DNA of 64,000 bases from Alphaproteobacteria bacterium (GTDB lineage: Bacteria > Pseudomonadota > Alphaproteobacteria > UBA828). The DNA is taken from NCBI GenBank assembly GCA_965214705.1, contig CBDCCI010000001.1:643104-707103 (forward strand), read 5' to 3'. Each line of letters opens with the position of its first letter. Positions within the stretch are counted from its first letter, which is position 1. Positions 1 to 10,400 of this stretch are shown piece by piece. Under the pieces are notes generated by a model. That model saw only the letters and a program-made list of their open reading frames with translations. It searched no databases and was not told the origin of the DNA. The translations under genes and the position numbers were made by a program.

Positions 1-61
1 ACATTGTCCCCAGAACCGAGTTCACGAAAATTGCTCCTGCTTATACACGCAATTCCTGTTG

Positions 62-190
62 TGAAGCCGCTCCGCAGAGTAAGCGGCGTAGAACTCGTTC
101 ATTTCAGAGACGTCGCGGGTGCTGATGTCCTGTGCGTTCGTTCCAGATTGCGTCGGATGGCGCACCGCCCGCCAGGTAGCAGATCCGGCC
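62..190 (+). mobile_element. Diverged remnant of the IS91-like element left end
   Basis: gaagccgctccgcagagtaagcggcgtagaactcgttcatttcagagacgtcgcgggtgc aligns colinearly, with substitutions, to the left end at 863-990; no integrase ORF follows. Confidence 0.7.
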
Positions 191-659
191 TGGTGATGAC
201 CGCTCGAGGAACGTGGTCCCGACCGCCCGTTACCGGCCGCCCACATTCGCGGCCCCCGTTCTCTGAAGCGTCTCGACCGCGCCGCGCAGATATCCGGGCA
301 GGAAAAACGCATGGGCGTCGCAACGCACGATCACACACCCCGTCGCGACCCGCAGCGCTGTGAGGATGCCGGAGAGGTGAAGATGGTCGGGGTTGGGAAT
401 CAATCGCACCGACGGGTACAGCCTCGAACTATCTCGGCGGTTGCAGGAGTGGCGGAACCGTCGGCGACAATCACCTCTACCGGGCCCGCGTAATCCTGGG
501 AAAGGCTTATCCCCTTACATCCGGCTTCTCCATATGTGGGGTGCCGGATCGCTGGGCACTTTACGGGCAACCCATTGAGACACGGAAGGAACTGCGACCG
601 TGTCGGATACCGCCGCCGAGGTGGCCGGTACAACATGTTGGGGAACCGGAGCCAGAGGG

Positions 660-784
660 ATAAGCCTTTCCTGGGATATCACCGAATCGAGACACTCCGC
701 GATGGTCGCTTCAGCGTTGCGGGCCGGTATGATAACCGACACTGTGGGAAGGCGATTGGCGACGGCTGCGACTGGCTGCTTCAT
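660..784 (-). pseudogene. Family 2 glycosyltransferase N-terminal fragment
   Basis: PTVSVIIPARNAEATIAECLDSVISQ is the classic GT2 N-terminus; similarity is lost after about 40 aa. Confidence 0.75.
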
Positions 785-1087
785 GGGATGATTTTGCACA
801 TGCCCTCTCGACTTGTCGCGCCTCCCCGCTTCATGTAGGGCGCGTACCAAAATGTCTTGAACGAAGCCGCTACGCGGAGTTAGCGGCGTAGAGTTCATTC
901 ATTTCCGAGGCGTCGCGGGTGCCGTTTGTTCTGTGCGTTCGCTTCCCGGTTGCGTCAGTGGCGCTCCGCCCGTCGGGTGGCGGATCCCCAGCAGCCTCCC
1001 GATCACCAGTGGTTAGTATCGACCCCTGCGACGGACCGTCGCCGGATCGGTCCGGCGGCGCGCCGTCGCGATCCAGGGAGATCGATA

Positions 1088-1966
1088 ATGACCGGGACCG
1101 CGTGCGACACGAACACCGTCACCCCTCTTCGCCAGCGCATGGAGGAGCAGCTCCGCATCGCCAATCTGGCCGCGAGCACGTCCAAGGCCTACATCTGCGA
1201 GATCAAGAACCTGGCCAGGTACTACGACGCCTCGCCGGACGAGCTCGACGCCGAGCAGGTGCGCCAGTGGTACCTGGGGCGGATCGACAAGGGGCTCAGT
1301 CCGGGCACGACCAACGTCTCCTTCGCCGCGCTGAACTTCCTCTACATCGACACACTCGGCTGGCCTGACCATGTCGCCGGCCTGCGCTCCCGCAAGAAGC
1401 CCGGCAAGCTGCCGCGCTACATGTCGGAGCAGGAGGTCGAGCACCTCATCCTTGCGACACCCGACCTCCGCCACCGTGCTGCCATTGTCACCGGCTATGG
1501 CGGCGGGCTCCGCATCTCCGAGACCTTGGCCATCAAGGTCGGCGACATCCTGTCGGAGAAGAAGCTGCTGCACATCCCCTCCGGCAAAGGCGGCACCGAG
1601 AGAATGGCACCGTTGCCGGACATCGTCATCCACTACTTGCGCGTCTACTACAGGAACATCTGGCCGCGTCCGACGAACTGGCTCTTCTACGGCGTCTCGC
1701 TCGACAGGCCCATCGCAACGGAGACCTTGCAGGCCGCCTTCAGGAGGGCGCGCGACATTGCCGAGCTCGACCGCAGCTACACCTTCCATTGCCTGCGCCA
1801 TTCGGCGGCGACCCATCTCCTCGAGCGCGGCGGCGATATCGAGGTGATCCGGGACATGCTCGGCCATCGAAGCGCGAACACGACCCGTCACTACGCCCGC
1901 GTCACCGGCAAGATGTTCGAGGGCCTCGACCACCCGATCTCAGGCTTCGCAGCGTTGCGCAACTGA
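1088..1966 (+). CDS. Tyrosine recombinase/integrase (N-terminal SAM-like + catalytic domain)
   Basis: GLRISE, HCLRHSAATHLLE, LGH, TTRHY motifs; ATG at 1088 preceded by AGGGAG. Confidence 0.93.
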   Translation: MTGTACDTNTVTPLRQRMEEQLRIANLAASTSKAYICEIKNLARYYDASPDELDAEQVRQWYLGRIDKGLSPGTTNVSFAALNFLYIDTLGWPDHVAGLRSRKKPGKLPRYMSEQEVEHLILATPDLRHRAAIVTGYGGGLRISETLAIKVGDILSEKKLLHIPSGKGGTERMAPLPDIVIHYLRVYYRNIWPRPTNWLFYGVSLDRPIATETLQAAFRRARDIAELDRSYTFHCLRHSAATHLLERGGDIEVIRDMLGHRSANTTRHYARVTGKMFEGLDHPISGFAALRN

Positions 1967-1972
1967 CGGCGC

Positions 1973-3214
1973 GTGGAGGCCGAACGCGCGGGCGTGGCGG
2001 AGATCTTCCGCCGCGCCGGCGCCGCTTTCCGTGAGCGCCACAAAGGGCGCATCGACGCCGCCCGGCTCAAGGTCATGGGCGCCATCGAGGCGTGCCGCAC
2101 CGCCGTGCTCGGCGGCCACATGTACGCCTGCGAGGGCTGCGGGCGCGAGCATCCGCTCTTCAACTCCTGCCGCAACCGCCACTGCCCCACCTGCCAGGGT
2201 CTCGCCGCCAACCTCTGGAGCGAGGAGCGCGCCGGGGACATCCTGCCGGTGCCCTACTTCCATGTGGTCTTCACCCTGCCCAAGGAGGTTGCCGCCATTG
2301 CCTTCTGCAACCGCAGGGTGGTGTTCGACATCCTCTTCCGGGCCGTCGCCGAGACCCTGCGCACCATCGCCGCCGATCCCCGCCACGGCGGCATGCGCAT
2401 CGGCGGCACCGCGGTCCTCCATACCTGGGATCAGAAGCTCCGCTTCCACCCGCACCTGCACGTGGTCGTGCCCAACGCGGGCTTCGACGTAGACAGTGGC
2501 GAGTGGAAGACGGGGAGCACCACCTTCCTCGCCCCCGTCAAGGTCCTCGGCAGCCTGTTCCGCCGCCTCTTCCTCGAGGAGCTCGCCCGCGCCCACGGCC
2601 GGGGGGACCTGGAGTTCCACGGCACCCTCGCCCACCTCGCCAATCCCGGCGAGTTCCACGCCACGCTTGCCGCCGCCCGGGCCAGGGACTGGGTGGTCTA
2701 CGCCAAGCGGCCCTTCCGCGGGCCTGAGCAGGTCTTCCGGTACCTCTCGCACTACACGCACAGGATCGCCATCTCCGACAGCCGCATCGTCTCCTTCGAC
2801 GGCGAGACGGTCTCCTTCCGCCACCGAAAGCCCAAGGCGCCGGGGCAGAGAAAGCCGCGCTACGGCATCGCCACCGTGAGCGCCGACGAGTTCATCCGCC
2901 GCTTCCTGAGGCACGTCCTGCCGGACGGCATGCACCGCATTCGCTACTTCGGCATCCTCGCCAACGGCTGCCGCGCCAGCACGCTGGAGAGAGCACGCCA
3001 GGCTCTCGGCGCCCTCGGCTGCGCCGCCCCCGAGGGAAGCGTGGACGGCGCTCGGGCCGAGCCCGACGAAGAGCCCGAGATCGGCACCGCGCCCGTGGCC
3101 TGCCCCCACTGCGGCGGCGTCATGCGCCTCGTCCGCGAAATCCGCCGCCGCCATGAGCCCCGCTCGACGCGCGGCCCGCCGGCGCTGCCGCCGACCCACA
3201 GGGGGAAACCGTGA
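1973..3214 (+). CDS. IS91-family HUH (Y2) transposase
   Basis: Zn-binding C..C..SCRNRHCPTC, HPHLH HUH motif, YLSHY (YxxxY), HRIRYFG. Confidence 0.95.
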   Translation: MEAERAGVAEIFRRAGAAFRERHKGRIDAARLKVMGAIEACRTAVLGGHMYACEGCGREHPLFNSCRNRHCPTCQGLAANLWSEERAGDILPVPYFHVVFTLPKEVAAIAFCNRRVVFDILFRAVAETLRTIAADPRHGGMRIGGTAVLHTWDQKLRFHPHLHVVVPNAGFDVDSGEWKTGSTTFLAPVKVLGSLFRRLFLEELARAHGRGDLEFHGTLAHLANPGEFHATLAAARARDWVVYAKRPFRGPEQVFRYLSHYTHRIAISDSRIVSFDGETVSFRHRKPKAPGQRKPRYGIATVSADEFIRRFLRHVLPDGMHRIRYFGILANGCRASTLERARQALGALGCAAPEGSVDGARAEPDEEPEIGTAPVACPHCGGVMRLVREIRRRHEPRSTRGPPALPPTHRGKP

Positions 3215-3462
3215 GACGCCCGCTCGCTTCGGCCCCGCGCAACGGCGCCAAAGCGCCGACGCACGACCGAACCTGTCTCCGCTTGAGCCGGGCTGACAGC
3301 CCTCGGCTCACACCCCGCTCAGTCCTCGCAGCGTGCGCCCGCATGCCTGCCGAAAGACCGGCGCGAGCGTCGATTTTATGCGCAACTCTGCTGCCGGTGG
3401 ATGCCGCCTGACGCTGACATCAGCGCACTTTCCACATAGCTCAACTTCGCCTCTCGTGGCCC

Positions 3463-3540
3463 GCGGCTTCGTTCAAGGTTAAGGGTTGGGCAGGCTCTCT
3501 CTCGAGAGCCTGCCCAACCCTTAACCTTGAACGAAGCCGC
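3463..3540. repeat. Perfect 37-bp inverted repeat with 4-nt loop at the copy 1/copy 2 junction
   Basis: 3463-3499 is the exact reverse complement of 3504-3540; loop tctc. Confidence 0.95.
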
Positions 3541-6192
3541 TACGCGGAGTTAGCGGCGTAGAGTTCATTCATTTCCGAGGCGTCGCGGGTGCCGTTTGTT
3601 CTGTGCGTTCGCTTCCCGGTTGCGTCAGTGGCGCTCCGCCCGTCGGGTGGCGGATCCCCAGCAGCCTCCCGATCACCAGTGGTTAGCATCGACCCCTGCG
3701 ACGGACCGTCGCCGGATCGGTCCGGCGGCGCGCCGTCGCGATCCAGGGAGATCGATAATGACCGGGACCGCGTGCGACACGAACACCGTCACCCCTCTTC
3801 GCCAGCGCATGGAGGAGCAGCTCCGCATCGCCAATCTGGCCGCGAGCACGTCCAAGGCCTACATCTGCGAGATCAAGAACCTGGCCAGGTACTACGACGC
3901 CTCGCCGGACGAGCTCGACGCCGAGCAGGTGCGCCAGTGGTACCTGGGGCGGATCGACAAGGGGCTCAGTCCGGGCACGACCAACGTCTCCTTCGCCGCG
4001 CTGAACTTCCTCTACATCGACACACTCGGCTGGCCTGACCATGTCGCCGGCCTGCGCTCCCGCAAGAAGCCCGGCAAGCTGCCGCGCTACATGTCGGAGC
4101 AGGAGGTCGAGCACCTCATCCTTGCGACACCCGACCTCCGCCACCGTGCTGCCATTGTCACCGGCTATGGCGGCGGGCTCCGCATCTCCGAGACCTTGGC
4201 CATCAAGGTCGGCGACATCCTGTCGGAGAAGAAGCTGCTGCACATCCCCTCCGGCAAAGGCGGCACCGAGAGAATGGCACCGTTGCCGGACATCGTCATC
4301 CACTACTTGCGCGTCTACTACAGGAACATCTGGCCGCGTCCGACGAACTGGCTCTTCTACGGCGTCTCGCTCGACAGGCCCATCGCAACGGAGACCTTGC
4401 AGGCCGCCTTCAGGAGGGCGCGCGACATTGCCGAGCTCGACCGCAGCTACACCTTCCATTGCCTGCGCCATTCGGCGGCGACCCATCTCCTCGAGCGCGG
4501 CGGCGATATCGAGGTGATCCGGGACATGCTCGGCCATCGAAGCGCGAACACGACCCGTCACTACGCCCGCGTCACCGGCAAGATGTTCGAGGGCCTCGAC
4601 CACCCGATCTCAGGCTTCGCAGCGTTGCGCAACTGACGGCGCGTGGAGGCCGAACGCGCGGGCGTGGCGGAGATCTTCCGCCGCGCCGGCGCCGCTTTCC
4701 GTGAGCGCCACAAAGGGCGCATCGACGCCGCCCGGCTCAAGGTCATGGGCGCCATCGAGGCGTGCCGCACCGCCGTGCTCGGCGGCCACATGTACGCCTG
4801 CGAGGGCTGCGGGCGCGAGCATCCGCTCTTCAACTCCTGCCGCAACCGCCACTGCCCCACCTGCCAGGGTCTCGCCGCCAACCTCTGGAGCGAGGAGCGC
4901 GCCGGGGACATCCTGCCGGTGCCCTACTTCCATGTGGTCTTCACCCTGCCCAAGGAGGTTGCCGCCATTGCCTTCTGCAACCGCAGGGTGGTGTTCGACA
5001 TCCTCTTCCGGGCCGTCGCCGAGACCCTGCGCACCATCGCCGCCGATCCCCGCCACGGCGGCATGCGCATCGGCGGCACCGCGGTCCTCCATACCTGGGA
5101 TCAGAAGCTCCGCTTCCACCCGCACCTGCACGTGGTCGTGCCCAACGCGGGCTTCGACGTAGACAGTGGCGAGTGGAAGACGGGGAGCACCACCTTCCTC
5201 GCCCCCGTCAAGGTCCTCGGCAGCCTGTTCCGCCGCCTCTTCCTCAAGGAGCTCGCCCGCGCCCACGGCCGGGGGGACCTGGAGTTCCACGGCACCCTCG
5301 CCCACCTCGCCAATCCCGGCGAGTTCCACGCCACGCTTGCCGCCGCCCGGGCCAGGGACTGGGTGGTCTACGCCAAGCGGCCCTTCCGCGGGCCTGAGCA
5401 GGTCTTCCGGTACCTCTCGCACTACACGCACAGGATCGCCATCTCCGACAGCCGCATCGTCTCCTTCGACGGCGAGACGGTCTCCTTCCGCCACCGAAAG
5501 CCCAAGGCGCCGGGGCAGAGAAAGCCGCGCTACGGCATCGCCACCGTGAGCGCCGACGAGTTCATCCGCCGCTTCCTGAGGCACGTCCTGCCGGACGGCA
5601 TGCACCGCATTCGCTACTTCGGCATCCTCGCCAACGGCTGCCGCGCCAGCACGCTGGAGAGAGCACGCCAGGCTCTCGGCGCCCTCGGCTGCGCCGCCCC
5701 CGAGGGAAGCGTGGACGGCGCTCAGGCCGAGCCCGACGAAGAGCCCGAGATCGGCACCGCGCCCGTGGCCTGCCCCCACTGCGGCGGCGTCATGCGCCTC
5801 GTCCGCGAAATCCGCCGCCGCCATGAGCCCCGCTCGACGCGCGGCCCGCCGGCGCTGCCGCCGACCCACAGGGGGAAACCGTGAGACGCCCGCTCGCTTC
5901 GGCCCCGCGCAACGGCGCCAAAGCGCCGACGCACGACCGAACCTGTCTCCGCTTGAGCCGGGCTGACAGCCCTCGGCTCACACCCCGCTCAGTCCTCGCA
6001 GCGTGCGCCCGCATGCCTGCCGAAAGACCGGCGCGAGCGTCGATTTTATGCGCAACTCTGCTGCCGGTGGATGCCGCCTGACGCTGACATCAGCGCACTT
6101 TCCACATAGCTCAACTTCGCCTCTCGTGGCCCGCGGCTTCGTTCAAAAGGGTTGGGCAGGCTCTCGAGAGAGAGCCTGCCCAACCCTTAACC
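3527..6192 (+). mobile_element. IS91-family element copy 2 (integrase 3758-4636, transposase 4643-5884)
   Basis: Near-identical to copy 1; ends aagggttgggcaggctctc-gaga-gagagcctgcccaaccctt-aacc. Confidence 0.95.
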
Positions 6193-6222
6193 ATTTCGCC
6201 GGAGTGCCCCGCGCCGTTCGCG

Positions 6223-7419
6223 TCACGTTCTAGACCGGCGCGCTCCTTCGCCCCTTCCGGGGGGGGGGGGATATTCACCGCAGCCGTCACGACCGTCGAG
6301 TGAGACGTGCCGGACCGGCGTCGAGAGGCCCGGACGCCGCTTTGCGAAGGCGGCGCCGTGTGGACGCAACCGGGCCACTGTTCGGTATACCAAGGTGTAG
6401 AGTGCAAACAGCAATGCCAAGGCGACAAGCAACCACTCTCGATCATGCGGAACGAGCACGACCGCAGCCAAGCTCGCCAACGACCCTCCCCACATCAGCG
6501 CGCCGGTCACGGGATTGGCAAGCCGCTCATTCCCGGCCGCCCGGGCGAGCCTCCTTCCGAGGCGCCGGTAAACCAACATATGCAGATGCAGTCGGTCCGG
6601 TCGGAAAGGGCTGCCGCCTCTGCGGATCTTTCGGGTAACCGAGAACGCGGTCTCCAGCAGGGGATAGGCCAGTATGACCACGCTAACCCACGGGGAGACA
6701 TCGGGATTTCGCATGGGAACCATGACGGCCACGGAAGCGATCATGAAGCCGAGCAAATAGGCTCCTCCATCTCCCAGGAAAATATAGCCAAACGGAAAAT
6801 TCACCAACAAGAACCCCAACAGAACACCAACAATAACGAAACAGAACGACGCCATGTCGTGATCGCCCACCCCGAGGGAAACGACGGCGAATGCGACCAG
6901 CATGATGATCGTGGTTCCCGTCGCCAGACCGTTGAAACCGTCAATGATGTTCACCGCGTGCGTCAAACCGGCCATCGCGAAGGCGGTGAAGGCTATTGCA
7001 ATGAAAGGAAGTGCCATCGCATGATCGACGAAAGGTATGTCCACGCGCGTCACGGCGTAGCCGGTCAAAAGGCAAAAGACGAGGCCCGAAAGCATCGGTG
7101 CAACGAGCCGCAATGTGATCCCACCGGTCTTGGTGAAATCTTCGACCATACCCGCCAGAAAGGCGAAGGCGGCGCTGGCGCCGACGGCAAACAGGAGATC
7201 ACGCACCGGCGGCGGCGATGCGCTCGCCGCCGCCCAATATCCTGCGTACACGGCAAGACCGCCGATCCTAGGGGTGGGCGTCGCATGAAACTTATGCGGC
7301 CCCACCGCATGATCGTGACTGAGAGCGCCGTGCCAGCGCCTGGTCATTACCAACACGGCGCCAATAACAACGGTGACCGCGAGGCCGAGGAGGGATGAGT
7401 AGATGAAGTTTGGGGGCAT
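6223..7419 (-). CDS. MraY/WecA-like glycosyltransferase family 4 (undecaprenyl-phosphate sugar-phosphate transferase)
   Basis: KFHATPTPRIGG, NIIDGFNGL, IFLGDGGAY, PDRLHLH motifs; multiple TM segments; the C-terminus crosses a 12-G tract so the end is uncertain. Confidence 0.88.
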   Translation of the reverse strand: MPPNFIYSSLLGLAVTVVIGAVLVMTRRWHGALSHDHAVGPHKFHATPTPRIGGLAVYAGYWAAASASPPPVRDLLFAVGASAAFAFLAGMVEDFTKTGGITLRLVAPMLSGLVFCLLTGYAVTRVDIPFVDHAMALPFIAIAFTAFAMAGLTHAVNIIDGFNGLATGTTIIMLVAFAVVSLGVGDHDMASFCFVIVGVLLGFLLVNFPFGYIFLGDGGAYLLGFMIASVAVMVPMRNPDVSPWVSVVILAYPLLETAFSVTRKIRRGGSPFRPDRLHLHMLVYRRLGRRLARAAGNERLANPVTGALMWGGSLASLAAVVLVPHDREWLLVALALLFALYTLVYRTVARLRPHGAAFAKRRPGLSTPVRHVSLDGRDGCGEYPPPPGRGEGARRSRT

Positions 7420-7791
7420 TGGGGGTCGGATACTCTCGTTGAGGGCGCTAACCGTCACCCGGTGCGATGCCGCGCTCGTCCCGCTGTTCGATCATGATCT
7501 CCGCGCTCCCGAGAACCCCGCAGCGCTGCTCCCTCGTCCCGATCGCAACACGCCGGGAAGGGGTACGCGTAGGTCACTGCGGCAACCTACCCCGGGAAGT
7601 CCGTTGCTTCAATCCATGGCCTCTCGGGCGACCCCCGCGCAGCGCTGGGATTGTCACCCGCAGGGCGATCCTCTCTCTCAATTCGCTCATCCTCGCGGTC
7701 TACAAGGGTTTTGCGCAATCCAGCCCACGTCCAACTGCCGCTTTGGGATCATACTCGCCGAGGATCGCCGGATCGAGCGCGCGCGCCCTGC

Positions 7792-9150
7792 TCATCGCGG
7801 GCCCGCAGGGGCCGTATCCTCGCCCGGCCCCGTCGCCGGCCGGCCGACACTCACGGAGCGAAAGCCGACGGCGGCCAGCTCGGCCGGATCGTAGATGTTG
7901 CGGAGATCGACGATCAGCGGCGTCCTCAGCAAGCCCCTGACGCGCTCCAGGTCGAGCGCCCTGAACTCGTTCCACTCGGTGAGGACGAGCAGCGCATCCG
8001 CGCCCGCCATCGCATCGTAGGAATCGCGGCACCAGACCACGCCATCGAGAACGCGCCGCGCCTCGTCCATGCCGGCGGGGTCGAAGGCGCGGACCGTCGC
8101 TCCCCTCTCCATGAGGCCGCGCAGGATGACGAGGCTCGGGCTTTCCCGCACGTCGTCGGTGTTGGGCTTGAAGGTGACGCCGAGCGCCGCGACGGTCTTG
8201 CCCGAGACTGTGCCGCCGCAGGCCTGCACGATCTTTTCGATCATCCTGGCCTTGCGCTCGCCGTTGCTGCGCAGCACCGTCTCGACGATGCCGCATGGCG
8301 CACCGGCTTCCTCGGCGATGCGGGCGAAGGCCGCCGTGTCCTTGGGGAAGCAGGAGCCACCGAAGCCAGGCCCTGCGTGCAGGAAATACCGCCCAATGCG
8401 ATTGTCGAGCCCGATTCCCTTGGCAACGTCCTGGACATCGGCGCCCACGCGTTCACAGAGATCGGCGATCTCGTTGATGAAGGCGATCTTGGTCGCGAGG
8501 AAGCAATTGGCGGCATACTTGATGAGTTCCGCCGCCTCGAGCGTGGTGAACAGCACCGGTGTCTCAATGAGAAACAGCGGCCGATACAGCGCCCGCATGA
8601 CCTCCCGCGCCCGCGCGGACTCGACCCCGACAACGACCCGGTCGGGCCGCATGAAGTCGCCGACCGCGGAACCTTCACGCAGGAACTCGGGATTGGAGAC
8701 GATATCGAACGCGGCGTCCGGCCGCCGGTGCCGGATGATGTCGGCGATTTCGCGGCCGGTGCCGACGGGCACTGTCGATTTGGTCGCGACGACGGTATAG
8801 ACGTCGAGCGCATCGGCAACCTGGCAGGCGGCCTTGCGGATAAAGGAAAGGTCCGCATGGCCGTCGCCGCGGCGGCTCGGCGTGCCGACCGCCAGCATCA
8901 CCAAGTCGGCTCCCGGCACGGCGTCGGCGACATCGCCGGTGAAGGAGAGGCGCCTGGCCTCGATATTGGACGCGAACAGCCCGTCGAGCCCCGGCTCGTA
9001 GAACGGCACCCGTCCCGCCCGCAGCGTCTCGATCCTCTCCGGTTCGGCATCGACGCAGGTGACAGCGAATCCGAATTCGGAAAAGCAGGCGGCCGATACG
9101 AGGCCAACATAGCCGGCGCCTATCATTGCGATGCGCATTGCAGTGCTCAC
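7792..9150 (-). CDS. ugd: UDP-glucose 6-dehydrogenase
   Basis: GAGYVG, KSTVPVGT, NPEFLREG, GFGGSCFPKD, FKPNTDDVRES. Confidence 0.95.
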   Translation of the reverse strand: MSTAMRIAMIGAGYVGLVSAACFSEFGFAVTCVDAEPERIETLRAGRVPFYEPGLDGLFASNIEARRLSFTGDVADAVPGADLVMLAVGTPSRRGDGHADLSFIRKAACQVADALDVYTVVATKSTVPVGTGREIADIIRHRRPDAAFDIVSNPEFLREGSAVGDFMRPDRVVVGVESARAREVMRALYRPLFLIETPVLFTTLEAAELIKYAANCFLATKIAFINEIADLCERVGADVQDVAKGIGLDNRIGRYFLHAGPGFGGSCFPKDTAAFARIAEEAGAPCGIVETVLRSNGERKARMIEKIVQACGGTVSGKTVAALGVTFKPNTDDVRESPSLVILRGLMERGATVRAFDPAGMDEARRVLDGVVWCRDSYDAMAGADALLVLTEWNEFRALDLERVRGLLRTPLIVDLRNIYDPAELAAVGFRSVSVGRPATGPGEDTAPAGPR

Positions 9151-9180
9151 CCGATCAACGACTCTGTACGCTGAACCGTT

Positions 9181-9872
9181 CTACGGCGACGGCGCGATCC
9201 GACGCAGGAAGGATAGCAGTTCCTTCCTCAGCGCCGGATTCTCCAGGGCGCAGGCGACGGTTGCCTGAATGAATCCGGCCGGGCTCCCGCAATCGAAGCG
9301 CTGGCCGGCAAAACGCACGCCCGTAAGGTAAGGGGCGCATCCTGCTCCATCGCCGCCATGACATCGGTGAGCTGAATCTCGCCGCTGGCGTGGCGCCGGG
9401 CGACTGCGCCGCAAGCCGCGCGAAGACACCGGGCAGCAGGACGTAGCGGCTCGTGAGCGCAAGCCGCTACGACGTCGCGACCGGACCGGGCTTCTCCACC
9501 ATGCCGGAGAGCGCGACGGTTCGCGCCTCCTCGGGCGTGACCTCGACAATCCCATAGCAGCCGGTCTCGCCCTCCGGCACCTCGGCGAGCGCCAGCGCCG
9601 CTTCGTCCCCGAGCGCCGCAAATACCCAACGAGTTCCTCGTCGCGATCGAAATGTTCTTCGATCGCCGCCTTACCCGGCCGGTAACGAAGATGAGCCGGT
9701 GGCGAAGATGAACTGCTTGATTTCGGCAGCTCGCGCCTCCTCCACCACATACTGGGTGAGCGGCTTGTCGACCAGAGGCAGCATCTCCTTGGGCACCAGC
9801 CTTCCTCGCGGGTCGAAAGCGCGAGCCCAGGCCAGCGACCGGGAGCACCGCCTTCCTCACGGGTTTCGCCAT
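9181..9872 (-). pseudogene. galU: UTP--glucose-1-phosphate uridylyltransferase, multiply frameshifted
   Basis: [36 protein letters not shown] motifs spread over different frames, with deletions. Confidence 0.88.
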
Positions 9873-10274
9873 TCCATAAGCCTCGCTTCGCTGATCGGCG
9901 TCGATCACGGCGGACATATGCCACGCCGGACGCAGCCCAGCAAGCGGGGCGGCCGGCGTGATGGTGTGAGCGTGCGAGCGTGCGCAACGATAGAAGCGGC
10001 CCTTTCCACCTGCTAATCTCCCGAACCGCTTATGCACAATGCTCCGGTGAAACGCACATGTAGCGTCTGGCGAGCCTGGAACAGTCGACATTGGTGGCAG
10101 CATCGTGTGCCACCGGAGCCAAGTGCATAAGCGGTTCTCCCGAATCTGAAGCTCGCCACACAAGGAAGCTTTGTCGGCCACCTCATGGCGGGTCGCCCGG
10201 TCGCGGCTGACGAGAGTCCCGACAGCAGGCGGGTGGAGGATGAACGAGACATCACGACGGACACGAGAAGGCCG

Positions 10275-10400
10275 ATGAAACGTCGCAACCGGATATTGGT
10301 GACCGGCGGTGCCGGATTTCTCGGCTCTCACTTGTGTGAACGGTTGCTCGCGGAAGACAACGAAGTCATTTGCGTCGACAACTACTACACCGGATCCCGA
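10275..10400 (+). pseudogene. UDP-glucuronate decarboxylase / NAD-dependent epimerase N-terminal fragment
   Basis: [36 protein letters not shown], then unrelated sequence. Confidence 0.85.

Larger units (their letters stand above)
857..3526 (+). mobile_element. IS91-family element with tyrosine recombinase, copy 1 (tandem with copy 2)
   Basis: Starts ttgaacgaagccgc; internal 14-bp inverse at 3463-3476; terminal hairpin ending cttaacc; 4 nt longer than the other copies; no TSD. Confidence 0.92.

Noticed and set aside
1013-3199. Long antisense ORFs over transposases, ugd and others
   Set aside because: Shadow frames expected from high-GC codon bias; no motifs
6189-6192. AACC as the target tetranucleotide rather than the element end
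   Set aside because: Keeping it would frameshift the RT at 46468/51233 and distort DV of intron 1
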